Shown: positions 1 through 9,363 of the stretch, piece after piece
How the letters are laid out: each line of letters starts with the position of its first letter
Position numbering within the stretch: the stretch's first letter is position 1
Assembly (NCBI GenBank): GCA_964487345.1
Contig: CAZAQN010000012.1
Span: 26,822 to 90,821, forward strand
Length of the DNA stretch: 64,000 nucleotides
Direction: 5' to 3'
Origin: an uncultured Terracidiphilus sp.
Lineage (GTDB): Bacteria > Acidobacteriota > Terriglobia > Terriglobales > Acidobacteriaceae
The notes under the pieces: model-generated
Seen by the model: the letters and a program-made list of their open reading frames with translations, nothing else
What the model was told of the DNA's origin: nothing
Database searches by the model: none
Made by a program: the position numbers and the translations under genes

Positions 1-1
1 A

Positions 2-325
2 GCGAGCGTTGCTCCCCGGCCTTATGCGAATACCGTTCAGGGCACGGATTGCCGTTATGAACCGAAGGGGGCCGGAAGCAGTCTATTGTTCCGGGTGTAC
101 TTTGATCCCTCGCCGTCCGATGCGACAGGACTGTTTGCAAAGTTGAAGATGTTTTATAGCCCGCCAACGCCGATCGCCGGCGTCGGAGACGAGGCCTATT
201 TCGACCCGGCGCACGCGCTCCACGCCCGCAAAGGCAACGTTCGTTTTTATCTGCAACTGGCCGGCGCCTCGGCGGACGAGTCGCAGCTTAGCAACCTTGC
301 CAGTCAGGTTGCCGGACAACTCTAG
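2..325 (+). CDS. hypothetical protein, C-terminal fragment (5' end outside window)
   Basis: Frame 2 is open from the first bases of the window to TAG at 323-325. The listed 86..325 ORF begins at an internal TTG. No recognisable motif. Confidence 0.4.
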   Translation, partial: ASVAPRPYANTVQGTDCRYEPKGAGSSLLFRVYFDPSPSDATGLFAKLKMFYSPPTPIAGVGDEAYFDPAHALHARKGNVRFYLQLAGASADESQLSNLASQVAGQL

Positions 326-340
326 GGACAATGCCGATCG

Positions 341-748
341 CTAGAGATTGACTGGAGTGCCGCCCCACTCTTCCGGGGCGATGTCGGCGATGGTCTGAGT
401 GAAATCCCAAAGGTGACCCGCAAAATCCTCGGCGTTGTATTGGCGCTCGCCATAGACGTGGTCGACGGGCTCTGTCAGGATTCGGGCACCGTGCCGACGG
501 GCCCGTTCGCAGTGCGCAACGGCGTCTTCTATACGAACCTGAATAATGTGCGAGTTGTTGGGGGTGACGTTGCCTTCGGCAATCGTAATGCATCCGTTGC
601 CGGCTCTCATCTGGATGCGGTGGTTCGCGATCCGGAGGCGGACCGTGAAGCCGAAGGCGGCGCCAAGCCAGTCGGCCGCGGCGCTAGGGTCGGGATACTT
701 GAGGACGGGGATGACGGTGCAGGGAGGCACGGAACGATTCGAGAGCAT
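341..748 (-). CDS. VOC (glyoxalase/bleomycin-resistance) family protein
   Basis: 135 aa. Length and the C-terminal ...GERQYNAEDFAGHLWDF... pattern are typical of glyoxalase-fold proteins. Confidence 0.7.
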   Translation of the reverse strand: MLSNRSVPPCTVIPVLKYPDPSAAADWLGAAFGFTVRLRIANHRIQMRAGNGCITIAEGNVTPNNSHIIQVRIEDAVAHCERARRHGARILTEPVDHVYGERQYNAEDFAGHLWDFTQTIADIAPEEWGGTPVNL

Positions 749-791
749 GAAAACACTTTACCAATGCTCAGGACGGCTTCGTCAGAAGAGA

Positions 792-1031
792 TTAGAGTGA
801 AGGCGGCCATCCCTCAACGTACGAGGCGAGCCCCTCGTCTTCGAAGGGCTCCAGTGGAAATGCGGAAAGGGTAGCGCGTGGATTGACATTACTCAGGCAT
901 ATGCTTGCTGTCAACCGCTCTCCGGCACGGTGATCGACAAATCCGACATTGGCGTCCACGCGAGACCGTAGAACCGGCGCACGAGAGATGTAATGGGCAT
1001 CACTGACATCTGCCTCAAGTGGGACGAGCAT
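792..1031 (-). CDS. small hypothetical protein (weak call)
   Basis: Internal ATG (1029-1031) of the 792..1196 ORF gives 79 aa. The longer version overlaps the neighbouring cNMP gene. No motif and no clear RBS. Confidence 0.2.
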   Translation of the reverse strand: MLVPLEADVSDAHYISRAPVLRSRVDANVGFVDHRAGERLTASICLSNVNPRATLSAFPLEPFEDEGLASYVEGWPPSL

Positions 1032-1038
1032 CGGGAAT

Positions 1039-1506
1039 GTGATCACTGTCACAGTGGGACCGGCTGCTGATTTTGGCAGCAGACAAGAAGCACATCCTGT
1101 GAAACCCGAAACCTTCGCTGCAGATCGCACATTGATCGAGGCGTTGGAGAAATTATCCCAGCCTGTCGCTTGCCTAGAAGGACGCACGCTCTTCATTCAG
1201 GGAGAAATTGCCAGCGGCCTATACATTCTCGAACAGGGCGAGGCCGCTCTCGTGTTGAAGTCTCCGGCAGGCCGTGCGGTGATGTGCCTCCATGCTGGTT
1301 CGGGCTCATTGCTCGGCCTCCCAGGGGTGGTTGGGAGCGCACCGTATACCATGACTGCCATGGTAAGCAAGGGTTCTGAAGTCGGATTCGTGACTCGGGG
1401 AGATTTTGAAAAGCTCGTCAACGCTGAACCATCGTTATATCCGGGCGTGCTGCAGGTGCTCGCTGCCGAAGTCCGTTCCGCGCGCCTCGCGCTTTGCGAT
1501 ACATAG
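1039..1506 (+). CDS. cyclic nucleotide-binding domain protein
   Basis: cNMP-binding beta-roll pattern (LFIQGEIASGLYILEQGEAALVL...GSLLGLPG...). Start uncertain: GTG at 1039, or in-frame TTG at 1132. Confidence 0.7.
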   Translation: MITVTVGPAADFGSRQEAHPVKPETFAADRTLIEALEKLSQPVACLEGRTLFIQGEIASGLYILEQGEAALVLKSPAGRAVMCLHAGSGSLLGLPGVVGSAPYTMTAMVSKGSEVGFVTRGDFEKLVNAEPSLYPGVLQVLAAEVRSARLALCDT

Positions 1507-1604
1507 GTTCGCTTCGGCTGGGGCTCGAAGCCCGGGCGCTTGCTGTCCCGTGTCTCCAGAAGGACTTGCGCAACCGGCCATCTGAAGTTAGAACCCGGTC
1601 CTTG

Positions 1605-2471
1605 TCAGGCGACCGGTTCGTTCGGAAAACGCATTGAGTCGAGACCCGCGTAGACGGCGAGCGCCATGCGACTGGGAACGATCAGGGTTGAGCCGTTCAG
1701 TCTGATCAGACCCTGATTCTTCAGGTCCGTTAGAGTGCGGGTGACTGTTTCGCGCGATGCACCAATGCATTCGCCGATTTCTTCATGGGTCAGCATGCAC
1801 CGAATCTCAGTGCCACTCTTTGTCTTTTGGCCCTCTCTGCACCAATCAAGCACAAGCCGGGCGATCTTGGCCGGGACCGACATTGTGAGTCCGAGTATCC
1901 GCAATCTCTCGCAGGATCGCCTGTAAAGAAGGCTTAACTCACGTATGACGTTTTGGTAGGCAGCAGGATAATTCAACAGGAAGTCGAGAAAGTCTTGACG
2001 TTGCAAAGATGCGATTTTGCAAGGAAATCTCGCTTCCGCTCTGATCTCCGAGGAATCACCGGATACGGCGGAAGAGAGCCCGAGGATATCTCCGGCGCCT
2101 GCGACTCCCACGAGAAATCGCCTTCCATCCGGTGAATTCATTGACAGGTTCACTTCCCCTTCAAGCAGGAAGAGAATGCTGAACGGAATCTGTTCCTCCC
2201 CAATCAGAACTTCGGTGGGAGGGCATTGGAAGTGTGTCGCCAGCAGCTCAAAGTCGCGCCTCGCGTCGAATGACAGACCCCTGAAAAATTCGCCTGTTCC
2301 GCTAGGCCAGCGGGCGTCGTCCCATTTCAATTCCGATGAGACCAGCATTGGGAATTCGGCTGCGGAGCGCTTTTCGCAGATTTGAACCTTCCCCTTTGAG
2401 AAATCAGGTTCGCGGCGATGGAAGCTAAATCTGCTCCTGGTTTGGCTGTGAATCAGTTGCAAGAACCGCAT
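1605..2471 (-). CDS. Crp/Fnr family transcriptional regulator
   Basis: cNMP-like effector domain plus C-terminal HTH (THEEIGECIGASRETVTRTLTDLKNQGLI). Start moved to ATG 2469-2471 because the longer ORF overlaps the upstream receiver gene. Confidence 0.85.
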   Translation of the reverse strand: MRFLQLIHSQTRSRFSFHRREPDFSKGKVQICEKRSAAEFPMLVSSELKWDDARWPSGTGEFFRGLSFDARRDFELLATHFQCPPTEVLIGEEQIPFSILFLLEGEVNLSMNSPDGRRFLVGVAGAGDILGLSSAVSGDSSEIRAEARFPCKIASLQRQDFLDFLLNYPAAYQNVIRELSLLYRRSCERLRILGLTMSVPAKIARLVLDWCREGQKTKSGTEIRCMLTHEEIGECIGASRETVTRTLTDLKNQGLIRLNGSTLIVPSRMALAVYAGLDSMRFPNEPVA

Positions 2472-2559
2472 CGATTGTTCTCCGGCGTTCTGATTTGATT
2501 CCCTGGAGCGCGAGATTCTTAAAGTGAGCGCGGTTTTCAAGAGAGGGTGCAGCTGCGTG

Positions 2560-2949
2560 TCAACTCGTGCGGCGCGGGATGGCCATATCTGCCCTAGGCC
2601 TTCCAACCCGTTTGGCAAGTACTTCGCCAATGCCGTGCAGCAGATCGTCCGGCTCATTCCGTATTGTCGCGTCTGCAAAGTGGTCGTGGTCGTTGGAAGA
2701 TTCCGTAATGGATACCACCGGCAGGCTTGATCGGGCGGCTCGCGCTACATACGCCAGCCTTTCTCGGCTCTCACGGGGAAGAGAGTTGCCCAGGAGGATC
2801 AAATCGAAATCACCGTCTCGAAGGTGGGCAATCGCCTCTCGGATCGACCTTGCCGGAGTGACGTGATAACCGGCAGACCGCCAGACAGAGTCTCGGACTG
2901 CCAGGAGTGACGAATCGAGGCCAACGGCGAGGACAACCGTTTTGGGCAT
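2560..2949 (-). CDS. stand-alone receiver-like domain protein (atypical, probable pseudo-receiver)
   Basis: CheY-like fold pattern (VVLAVGLD...FDLILLGNSLP...LPVVSITES). A Gly sits where the phospho-acceptor Asp is expected, and the conserved Lys-Pro is missing. Start taken at ATG 2947-2949. Confidence 0.6.
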   Translation of the reverse strand: MPKTVVLAVGLDSSLLAVRDSVWRSAGYHVTPARSIREAIAHLRDGDFDLILLGNSLPRESRERLAYVARAARSSLPVVSITESSNDHDHFADATIRNEPDDLLHGIGEVLAKRVGRPRADMAIPRRTS

Positions 2950-3246
2950 AAAGACCTCCGAATTTGGCAGGCACTTTCCGTGTGCCTTTGGGGGAACACG
3001 GAGTTCCATTCTTACGCCCATTTATTGGCGGCGGCTGTTCAATACTGCTCATGTTCTAGATATGTTTTGACTGTCGCGCAAAGAGCCGCGAAGAAGAGGC
3101 ATTGCTGAGAGGCACGCCGCGAGGGAAGACAGCCGAAATAATTTGCGTGCTTCAACGTCCGAAGAGACAAACTGCCGCACTCGATTTTGTTTTTTTGCTG
3201 GGTTGGCGTTTGGGGACCATGGGTTGCCCGACCACCGCCTATCCTG

Positions 3247-4128
3247 TCACGAGGTGGCCGGACGTCGCAGAACGATGAGGTCTTGCACACCGCCGCTCAC
3301 GCCCTCAGCGATTCCGAGTACTTCGAACCCAGCTGCCGGCCAATTTTTCCGCACGAACTCCGGTGTCATCACCGTGTTTCCGTATGAGTCGCCAAAATAG
3401 CTCGACATATCGACCTTGGCATTCAGCGCGGGACCACGCTTCTGAAGTTCTTTAAGCCACTCATATTCTTTGTAGAAGATCCCTTCCTGGCGCAGTTTCT
3501 CCTCGACTTCCTTCTTGTCGGTGCGGCTTACTTTTGAAAAGTACAACGCCAGCGACCGGCTTCCATCCATCGTGGGCAGGACGAGGCCTCCGGGCTTGGT
3601 GATACGAAAGAGCTCCTTGAGCCAAGCACGCTGAGTCGGTAAATCGAAATGCGAAAATGTGGATGCCGAATACACCAGGTCCATCTCTCCATCGGCAAAT
3701 TTCAATGGCGGCATAAAGCTACTGGTGTAGGCATCGACTCTCGGGTAGCTTTTGCGAACAAATTCAATGGAAGAGGGATCTACGTCGACAGCAAAAAACT
3801 GCGCGTCTGGAAAATGACGGGTCATCGGCATAAGTTGAGTGCCGGCGCCGCATCCAAAATCCAGTACCTTGGTCGATGAATCGAATTTGACGCCGTAAAA
3901 CCGCGCCATGGTCACAACCGGAGAGTAGGTGGTGAGCGCGGCGGCGAAGTAGTTCTTGATGGTTGCCCCGGAAGTTCGGCGCATATTTGAGTTGGGCGGT
4001 ACGGGAAAATCGACGACACCCACAAGGCGCAGAATGGCAACCTTAAGGTATTGATATTGATTCATCAAGAGTTTTACGAATTCGCGCCCACGCCAATAGA
4101 TCCCACTCGATTTCTTCGTTCCAGACAC
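3247..4128 (-). CDS. class I SAM-dependent methyltransferase
   Basis: Motif I VLDFGCGAGTQ, followed by the acidic loop FFAVDVD and the post-I/II pattern MDLVYSASTFSH...KPGG. Confidence 0.8.
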   Translation of the reverse strand: MSGTKKSSGIYWRGREFVKLLMNQYQYLKVAILRLVGVVDFPVPPNSNMRRTSGATIKNYFAAALTTYSPVVTMARFYGVKFDSSTKVLDFGCGAGTQLMPMTRHFPDAQFFAVDVDPSSIEFVRKSYPRVDAYTSSFMPPLKFADGEMDLVYSASTFSHFDLPTQRAWLKELFRITKPGGLVLPTMDGSRSLALYFSKVSRTDKKEVEEKLRQEGIFYKEYEWLKELQKRGPALNAKVDMSSYFGDSYGNTVMTPEFVRKNWPAAGFEVLGIAEGVSGGVQDLIVLRRPATS

Positions 4129-4316
4129 AATATCCCTCGTAACCGAAATCTTTCTTCAGTGTAGCTTTGCGCGAATTGTATCGCTTGCGCAGCGGTCTCG
4201 CAAAACCAGAACCGCTCATCCGACTATACAGAGGAACGATGCGCCACTCTCGCCTGGAGGAGCCAATATGAGCCGGCCGCATCCGCGGCAACATTCAGGA
4301 CGAGCGTCCGCCTTGT

Positions 4317-4811
4317 TTATCGTTTTTCGAGCACGGCCACGATGGTGTATTTTTCGGATTCGGTTTTCTTGCCGTCCGAGCCGACGGGCCACTCGAGCCT
4401 GGCGCTCTTGCCTTTGAACTCCGCCTGCACGTGCTCGACGAGGGGCATGCCGCATCCACGGCTAATGTAATTCCCCCTGGACGAATACTTGTTGATGCAG
4501 TTGAGCACGGCAATTTTTCCGTCGGGCAACAGCAGCGACAACGTGGTGCCAATGACGTTGTAGGAGACTGGACTCGGGGTCGAGCCGGTTTCCGGACCGT
4601 GGGTTGGGTTGTAGCAATCGGCATTGCCCATGTCGGCGGCGCAGTCCGGGCTGGCGGGGTTGGAATACCCAGGGATCAAGGCGCTGTACCCCGAGTCGCT
4701 GTTCTGCCGGTAGAGCACGGTCGCGTCCAATTTCTGCGCGGAGACCGAGCCGGTGCAGCACGCGAAACAACAAATTGCTATAGCTATACCCGTGCCCTTG
4801 GGCTTGCTCAT
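4317..4811 (-). CDS. secreted hypothetical protein
   Basis: N-terminal signal peptide (MSKPKGTGIAIAICCFACCTGSVSAQ). The mature part contains four Cys. No family recognised. Confidence 0.55.
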   Translation of the reverse strand: MSKPKGTGIAIAICCFACCTGSVSAQKLDATVLYRQNSDSGYSALIPGYSNPASPDCAADMGNADCYNPTHGPETGSTPSPVSYNVIGTTLSLLLPDGKIAVLNCINKYSSRGNYISRGCGMPLVEHVQAEFKGKSARLEWPVGSDGKKTESEKYTIVAVLEKR

Positions 4812-5169
4812 CTACGTTGCCTCTATATAGGTGTTCTTCTGAGTCTACGTGGGGCTTGAAGGAATTGCGGACGAAGAATCGGCCAGTGAATCCCGGAGGT
4901 AATGTCAGACAGTCTCCCCCTGTTGGAGCCCGGACGGGTCACCCCCGGACTCTGGGAGCAAATTCCTTTCTTTCATGAGTTTGGCGATAGGCGCCTAAAA
5001 TCAGTTTAGCGATGTCCAAATTCACCCATCCGAATACTCCGTTCTTGAGGGTGCCTGGGAGTTCACAAGCTTGTGGATCGAGTGACGGCGCTGGGGCTCG
5101 CCGCTTGGATAACAAAGATTGACAAAGCCTGTTATTCTATTCAACATCGAAGACAGGAGGAGTTCTGCC

Positions 5170-5436
5170 GTGAATGTTTCGCTGACGCCTGCACTGGACA
5201 AGTTTGTCGCTGCCAAAGTGGACTCAGGCCGCTACACCTCCGCCAGCGAAGTGGTGCGCGAGGCCCTTCGGTTGCTCGAAGAACACGAGAAGACTCGCTC
5301 GGCCCAGCTTGCTGCCTTCAACCGGGAAATCGGGGCACGCCTGGCTTCGCTGGAGCGCGGTGAAACGGTGGAACCGATGGCGGCTCGGACGCGGCTGCGG
5401 CAAAAGTCTCGCGAACGGAGAAAGCGCGCGGCGTGA
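5170..5436 (+). CDS. parD: type II antitoxin, ParD family
   Basis: VNVSLTPALDKFVAAKVDSGRYTSASEVVREALRLLEE is the ParD/CC2985-type RHH signature. GTG at 5170 lies 8 nt after AGGAGG (5156-5161). It overlaps parE by 4 nt (GTGA). Confidence 0.85.
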   Translation: MNVSLTPALDKFVAAKVDSGRYTSASEVVREALRLLEEHEKTRSAQLAAFNREIGARLASLERGETVEPMAARTRLRQKSRERRKRAA

Positions 5437-5738
5437 AGCAGTATGTCCTCGGCGAAGGGGCCGAACGGGACCTGAATGAGATTTGGGAGTACATCGCCCG
5501 GGACAGCATTGACGCCGCCGATCGCTGGATTTCGAAACTCTTCACTACGTTTACAACGCTTGCGCGCAACCCAGGGATGGGGCACAAGCGACTGGAATTG
5601 ACCAGCCACGCCATTCTGTTCTGGCCTGTGGGCGGATACGTGATCCTGTACCGTGTCCGGAACAAGCGTGTGGAAATCGTGGGCGTAACTCAAGGCGCGC
5701 GGGATATTCCGTCTTTCTTAGATCACCGCACTCAATAA
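5433..5738 (+). CDS. parE: type II toxin, RelE/ParE family
   Basis: 101 aa. ...AERDLNEIWEYIARDS...ILYRVRNKRVEIVGVTQGARD is a typical ParE pattern. Translationally coupled to parD. Confidence 0.85.
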   Translation: MKQYVLGEGAERDLNEIWEYIARDSIDAADRWISKLFTTFTTLARNPGMGHKRLELTSHAILFWPVGGYVILYRVRNKRVEIVGVTQGARDIPSFLDHRTQ

Positions 5739-5822
5739 GATCCACTATGGTCGCGCAATTCCTCTGGCTGACGTTGTATTCGTCCGTGGTAATTGCGCTG
5801 GCCGCTTAAAATCAATCTAGTC

Positions 5823-8800
5823 ATGTCTGAATTTACGCATTTGCATTTGCATACGGAATACTCGCTCCTCGATGGGGCGTGCGACGTTCAGAAGCTTGTG
5901 GACCGGGTGGCGGCGCTGGGGCAGACCTCGGTCGCGATGACGGACCACGGAAATATCTACGGGGCTGTGCACTTCTTCAATGCGGCGAAAGAGAAGGGCA
6001 TCAAGCCGATTCTTGGGTGCGAGCTCTACGTGTGCAAGGCCGAGGACCATCGCGCCGAGACGCCCCACGACCAGTACAACCATCTGCTGGTGCTGGCGGA
6101 AAACGAAGAAGGCTACCGCAACCTGATTCGGTTGACGAGCGAGGCGAGCCTGCATGGGTTCTATCGCAAGCCGCGCGTGAGCAAGAAATATCTGGCGGAG
6201 AACTCGAAGGGCCTGATCGGGTTTTCAGGCTGCCTCAGTGGCGAGTTGTGCGAGGAACTGAGCGCGGGCCGCTATGAGAAGGGTAAGGCGGTTGCGCGCG
6301 AGTACCAGGATATTTTTGGGCGCGGCAATTTCTATCTGGAGATTCAGGACCAGGGGCTGGAGCAGGAGAAAAAGATTCAGGCGGACCTTTTTCGGCTGGA
6401 AAAGGAGCTGGAGATTCCGCTGGTGCTGACGAATGACTCGCACTACCTGTGCGGCGAGGACAGCCATGCCCACGACGTCATGCTGTGCGTGCAGACGGGC
6501 GCGAAGATTCACGATGCGGATCGGCTCCGCTTCGACTCCGATCAGTTCTTTGTGAAGAGCGCGGAGGAAATGGGGCGGATCTTTCCCGATTCTCCGGGCG
6601 TGGCGCAGCGGACGATGGAGATTGCGGAGCGTTGCAAGCTCAAATTAAACGCTGTCGATAATCCGTTTCCGGAGTTTGCTGTGCCGCCCGAGCACACCAT
6701 CGACAGCTACTTCGAGCAGGTGTGCCGCGAGGGATTGAAGAAGCGGTTCGAGACGGCGGTGCGGCAACTGGAGTTGCGCGGAGTGCTGCGCACGCCGTTG
6801 CATGAATACGAATCGCGGTTGAACTTTGAGATCGGCATCATCAAGCAGATGAAGTACTCAGGATATTTCCTGATTGTGTGGGATTTCATCAAGTACGCGC
6901 GGGATCATGGGATTCCGGTGGGACCGGGGCGCGGGTCGGCGACGGGATCGCTGGTGGCCTATGCGATGGAGATTACCAACATCGATCCGATGCAGAACGT
7001 GCTTCTGTTCGAGCGGTTTTTGAACCCCGAGCGCGTGACGATGCCGGATATCGACGTGGACTTTTGCCAGAACCGGCGCGGCGAGGTGATCGACTACGTA
7101 ACGCGGAAGTACGGGCGCGAGCAGGTGGCGCAGATCATCACCTTCAACACCATGGCGGCGAAGGCGTCGATCAAAGATTGCGGACGGGCGATGGATATGC
7201 CCTACGGCGACGTGGACCGCATTGCCAAGCTGGTGCCTTTGACGGTCGGGATGACGATTGATAAAGCGCTCGAAGAAGTTCCCGATCTGCGCAAGGCCTA
7301 TGACAACGACAAGCAGATTCGCGAGCTGATTGATACGGCGAAGAAGCTCGAGGGGTTGGTGCGCGGAGCCGGAGTTCACGCGTCGGCGGTGGTGATTGCG
7401 CCGCGGCCGCTGACTGAACTAGTTCCGCTGAACCGGACGAAGAACGATGAAATCGTGACTGCGTATGACATGAAGGCAGTCGAAAAAATGGGCCTGCTCA
7501 AGATGGATTTTCTAGGGCTCACGACGCTGACGGTGATTGACGATTGCGTGAAGCTGATTGAACAGACGCGCGGGGAGAAGCTGGATATCGAGATGATTCC
7601 GCTCGACGATCCAGAGACGTTCAAGAAGGTGTTCCACACGGCGCTGACGTCGGGAGTTTTTCAGTTCGAGTCGAGCGGGATGAGGGACATTTTGCGGCGG
7701 TACAAACCGGATTCGGTAGAAGAGTTGACGGCCTTGAATGCACTGTACAGGCCGGGGCCGATGAGCATGATCGACGACTTCATCGAGCGCAAGTGGGGCC
7801 GAAAGAAAGTGGAGTACCTGCTGCCGGAGCTTGAGGGGATTCTGAAGGACTCGCTCGGCGTGATTGTCTATCAGGAGCAGGTGATGCGGATCGCCAATGT
7901 GCTGGCGAGCTACTCGCTGGGCGAAGCCGATCTGCTGCGGCGGGCCATGGGAAAGAAGAATGCCGAGGCCATGGCGAAGCAGCGGGACCGGTTTGTGAGC
8001 GGCGCGGCGGCACTGGGGCACCCAAAGAATCCGGTCGGCGAGATCTTCGATCAGATGGAGAAGTTCTCGGGGTACGGGTTCAATAAGTCGCATTCTGCGG
8101 CCTACTCGCTGGTGGCTTATCAGACGGCTTATTTGAAGACGCATTATCCGGTGGAGTTTATGGCGGCGCTGCTGACGTCGGAAACGTCGAAGCCCGAGAA
8201 TGTCGTCAAGTACATTCAGGAATGCAAGGAGATAGGCATCAGCGTGGAACCGCCAGACGTGCAGGTCTCGGGCGCGCAGTTTACGCCTCATGTCACGCCG
8301 GAAGGTCAGGCGATTCGATTCGGGCTCGCTGCGGTGAAGAATGTCGGCGGCAATGCGATCGAGTCAATCAAGAAGGCGCGCGAGGAACTTGGCGGGCGGT
8401 TCACGAGCTTCTGGGAGTTTTGCGAGAAGGTCGATCTGCGCGTGATGAACAAGCGGGTCATTGAGTCGCTGATCAAGGCGGGGGCCCTCGATTCGCTAGG
8501 CAAGCGCGGACAGCTCTACAACGCGGTGGACAAGGCGATGGAACGCGCGCAGAAGGCGCAACGCGATGAGGCGCACGGACAGAGCGGCTTGTTTGGGCTT
8601 TTCAATGAAGCGCCTGCGCAGGGGCACGGCGGCGATGAATTGCCGCGTGCAGCGGATTGGGAAGAAGGCGAGCGGCTGGCGAACGAGAAAGAGGTGCTGG
8701 GGTTCTTTGTGTCGGGGCATCCGCTGGACAAGTATGCGGAGAAGCTGCGCAATTTGCCGGGGGTGATTTCGGTGGCCGAAGCGCTGGAACGAAAGCCGCC

Positions 8801-9338
8801 GGAGCGGCGCTGGGGCAAGGATTCGGATCCCGCCGATGAGATCCAGGTTGCCGGAATGATGCACGGGCTGCGCGTGCAGAAGACGAAGCGCGAAGGAAAA
8901 CTCTACGCACAGGCTGGGCTCGAGGACGCAACTGGAAAGATCGAGCTGATCGCGTTCCCGCGCGATTACGAGCGGCTGTCGGAGCAGCTGAAAATGGAAG
9001 CACCGGTGGTGATTCGTGGAACGCTTTCAGGCGATGAAGATTCTGCGCCGAAGCTGTCGGTCAGCGCTATCCAGGCGTTGGAAGAGGTGCAAGTAAAGCT
9101 GCCGAGCGGGATTCGCATTCGCGTGAACCTCGATCGCGCGACCGACGGGATGATGTCGGCGCTCAAGTCGGCCGTAGACGCCGCGCCGGGACCTGGCAAG
9201 GTGATGCTGCATCTCCAGAAGAAGGGCGAGTACGAAGTAATTCTCGAGCCCGAGCAGATGAATGTGGCTGCGGATCGCGGCTTTGTGGAGCGGGTAGAGG
9301 AATTGGTGGGCAAGGGAACTGTCCAGGTGATGAGCTAG
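5823..9338 (+). CDS. dnaE: DNA polymerase III subunit alpha
   Basis: N-terminal PHP domain (FTHLHLHTEYSLLDGA), polymerase core, and a C-terminal OB-fold-sized region. Start taken at ATG 5823 (MSEFTHLH...). Confidence 0.97.
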   Translation: MSEFTHLHLHTEYSLLDGACDVQKLVDRVAALGQTSVAMTDHGNIYGAVHFFNAAKEKGIKPILGCELYVCKAEDHRAETPHDQYNHLLVLAENEEGYRNLIRLTSEASLHGFYRKPRVSKKYLAENSKGLIGFSGCLSGELCEELSAGRYEKGKAVAREYQDIFGRGNFYLEIQDQGLEQEKKIQADLFRLEKELEIPLVLTNDSHYLCGEDSHAHDVMLCVQTGAKIHDADRLRFDSDQFFVKSAEEMGRIFPDSPGVAQRTMEIAERCKLKLNAVDNPFPEFAVPPEHTIDSYFEQVCREGLKKRFETAVRQLELRGVLRTPLHEYESRLNFEIGIIKQMKYSGYFLIVWDFIKYARDHGIPVGPGRGSATGSLVAYAMEITNIDPMQNVLLFERFLNPERVTMPDIDVDFCQNRRGEVIDYVTRKYGREQVAQIITFNTMAAKASIKDCGRAMDMPYGDVDRIAKLVPLTVGMTIDKALEEVPDLRKAYDNDKQIRELIDTAKKLEGLVRGAGVHASAVVIAPRPLTELVPLNRTKNDEIVTAYDMKAVEKMGLLKMDFLGLTTLTVIDDCVKLIEQTRGEKLDIEMIPLDDPETFKKVFHTALTSGVFQFESSGMRDILRRYKPDSVEELTALNALYRPGPMSMIDDFIERKWGRKKVEYLLPELEGILKDSLGVIVYQEQVMRIANVLASYSLGEADLLRRAMGKKNAEAMAKQRDRFVSGAAALGHPKNPVGEIFDQMEKFSGYGFNKSHSAAYSLVAYQTAYLKTHYPVEFMAALLTSETSKPENVVKYIQECKEIGISVEPPDVQVSGAQFTPHVTPEGQAIRFGLAAVKNVGGNAIESIKKAREELGGRFTSFWEFCEKVDLRVMNKRVIESLIKAGALDSLGKRGQLYNAVDKAMERAQKAQRDEAHGQSGLFGLFNEAPAQGHGGDELPRAADWEEGERLANEKEVLGFFVSGHPLDKYAEKLRNLPGVISVAEALERKPPERRWGKDSDPADEIQVAGMMHGLRVQKTKREGKLYAQAGLEDATGKIELIAFPRDYERLSEQLKMEAPVVIRGTLSGDEDSAPKLSVSAIQALEEVQVKLPSGIRIRVNLDRATDGMMSALKSAVDAAPGPGKVMLHLQKKGEYEVILEPEQMNVAADRGFVERVEELVGKGTVQVMS

Positions 9339-9363
9339 GATCCCCGTGCGCGAAAGTTGACGC

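Noticed and set aside
2472-2678. Upstream extension of the Crp/Fnr ORF (357-aa version)
   Set aside because: It overlaps the 3' end of the receiver gene in another frame. The internal ATG at 2469-2471 gives a normal-length Crp/Fnr protein.
5119-5147. Sigma-70 promoter for parDE (TTGACA at 5119-5124)
   Set aside because: No acceptable -10 hexamer lies at 16-18 nt spacing (TATTCA is only 13 nt away), so it is not reported as a feature.
7512-8291. 259-aa antisense ORF inside dnaE (and many similar 60-230 aa ORFs opposite kdpA/B, lutB, dnaX and the M13 peptidase)
   Set aside because: These are typical high-GC antisense open frames with Arg/Pro/His-rich composition. They are fully contained in genes that have strong motif support.
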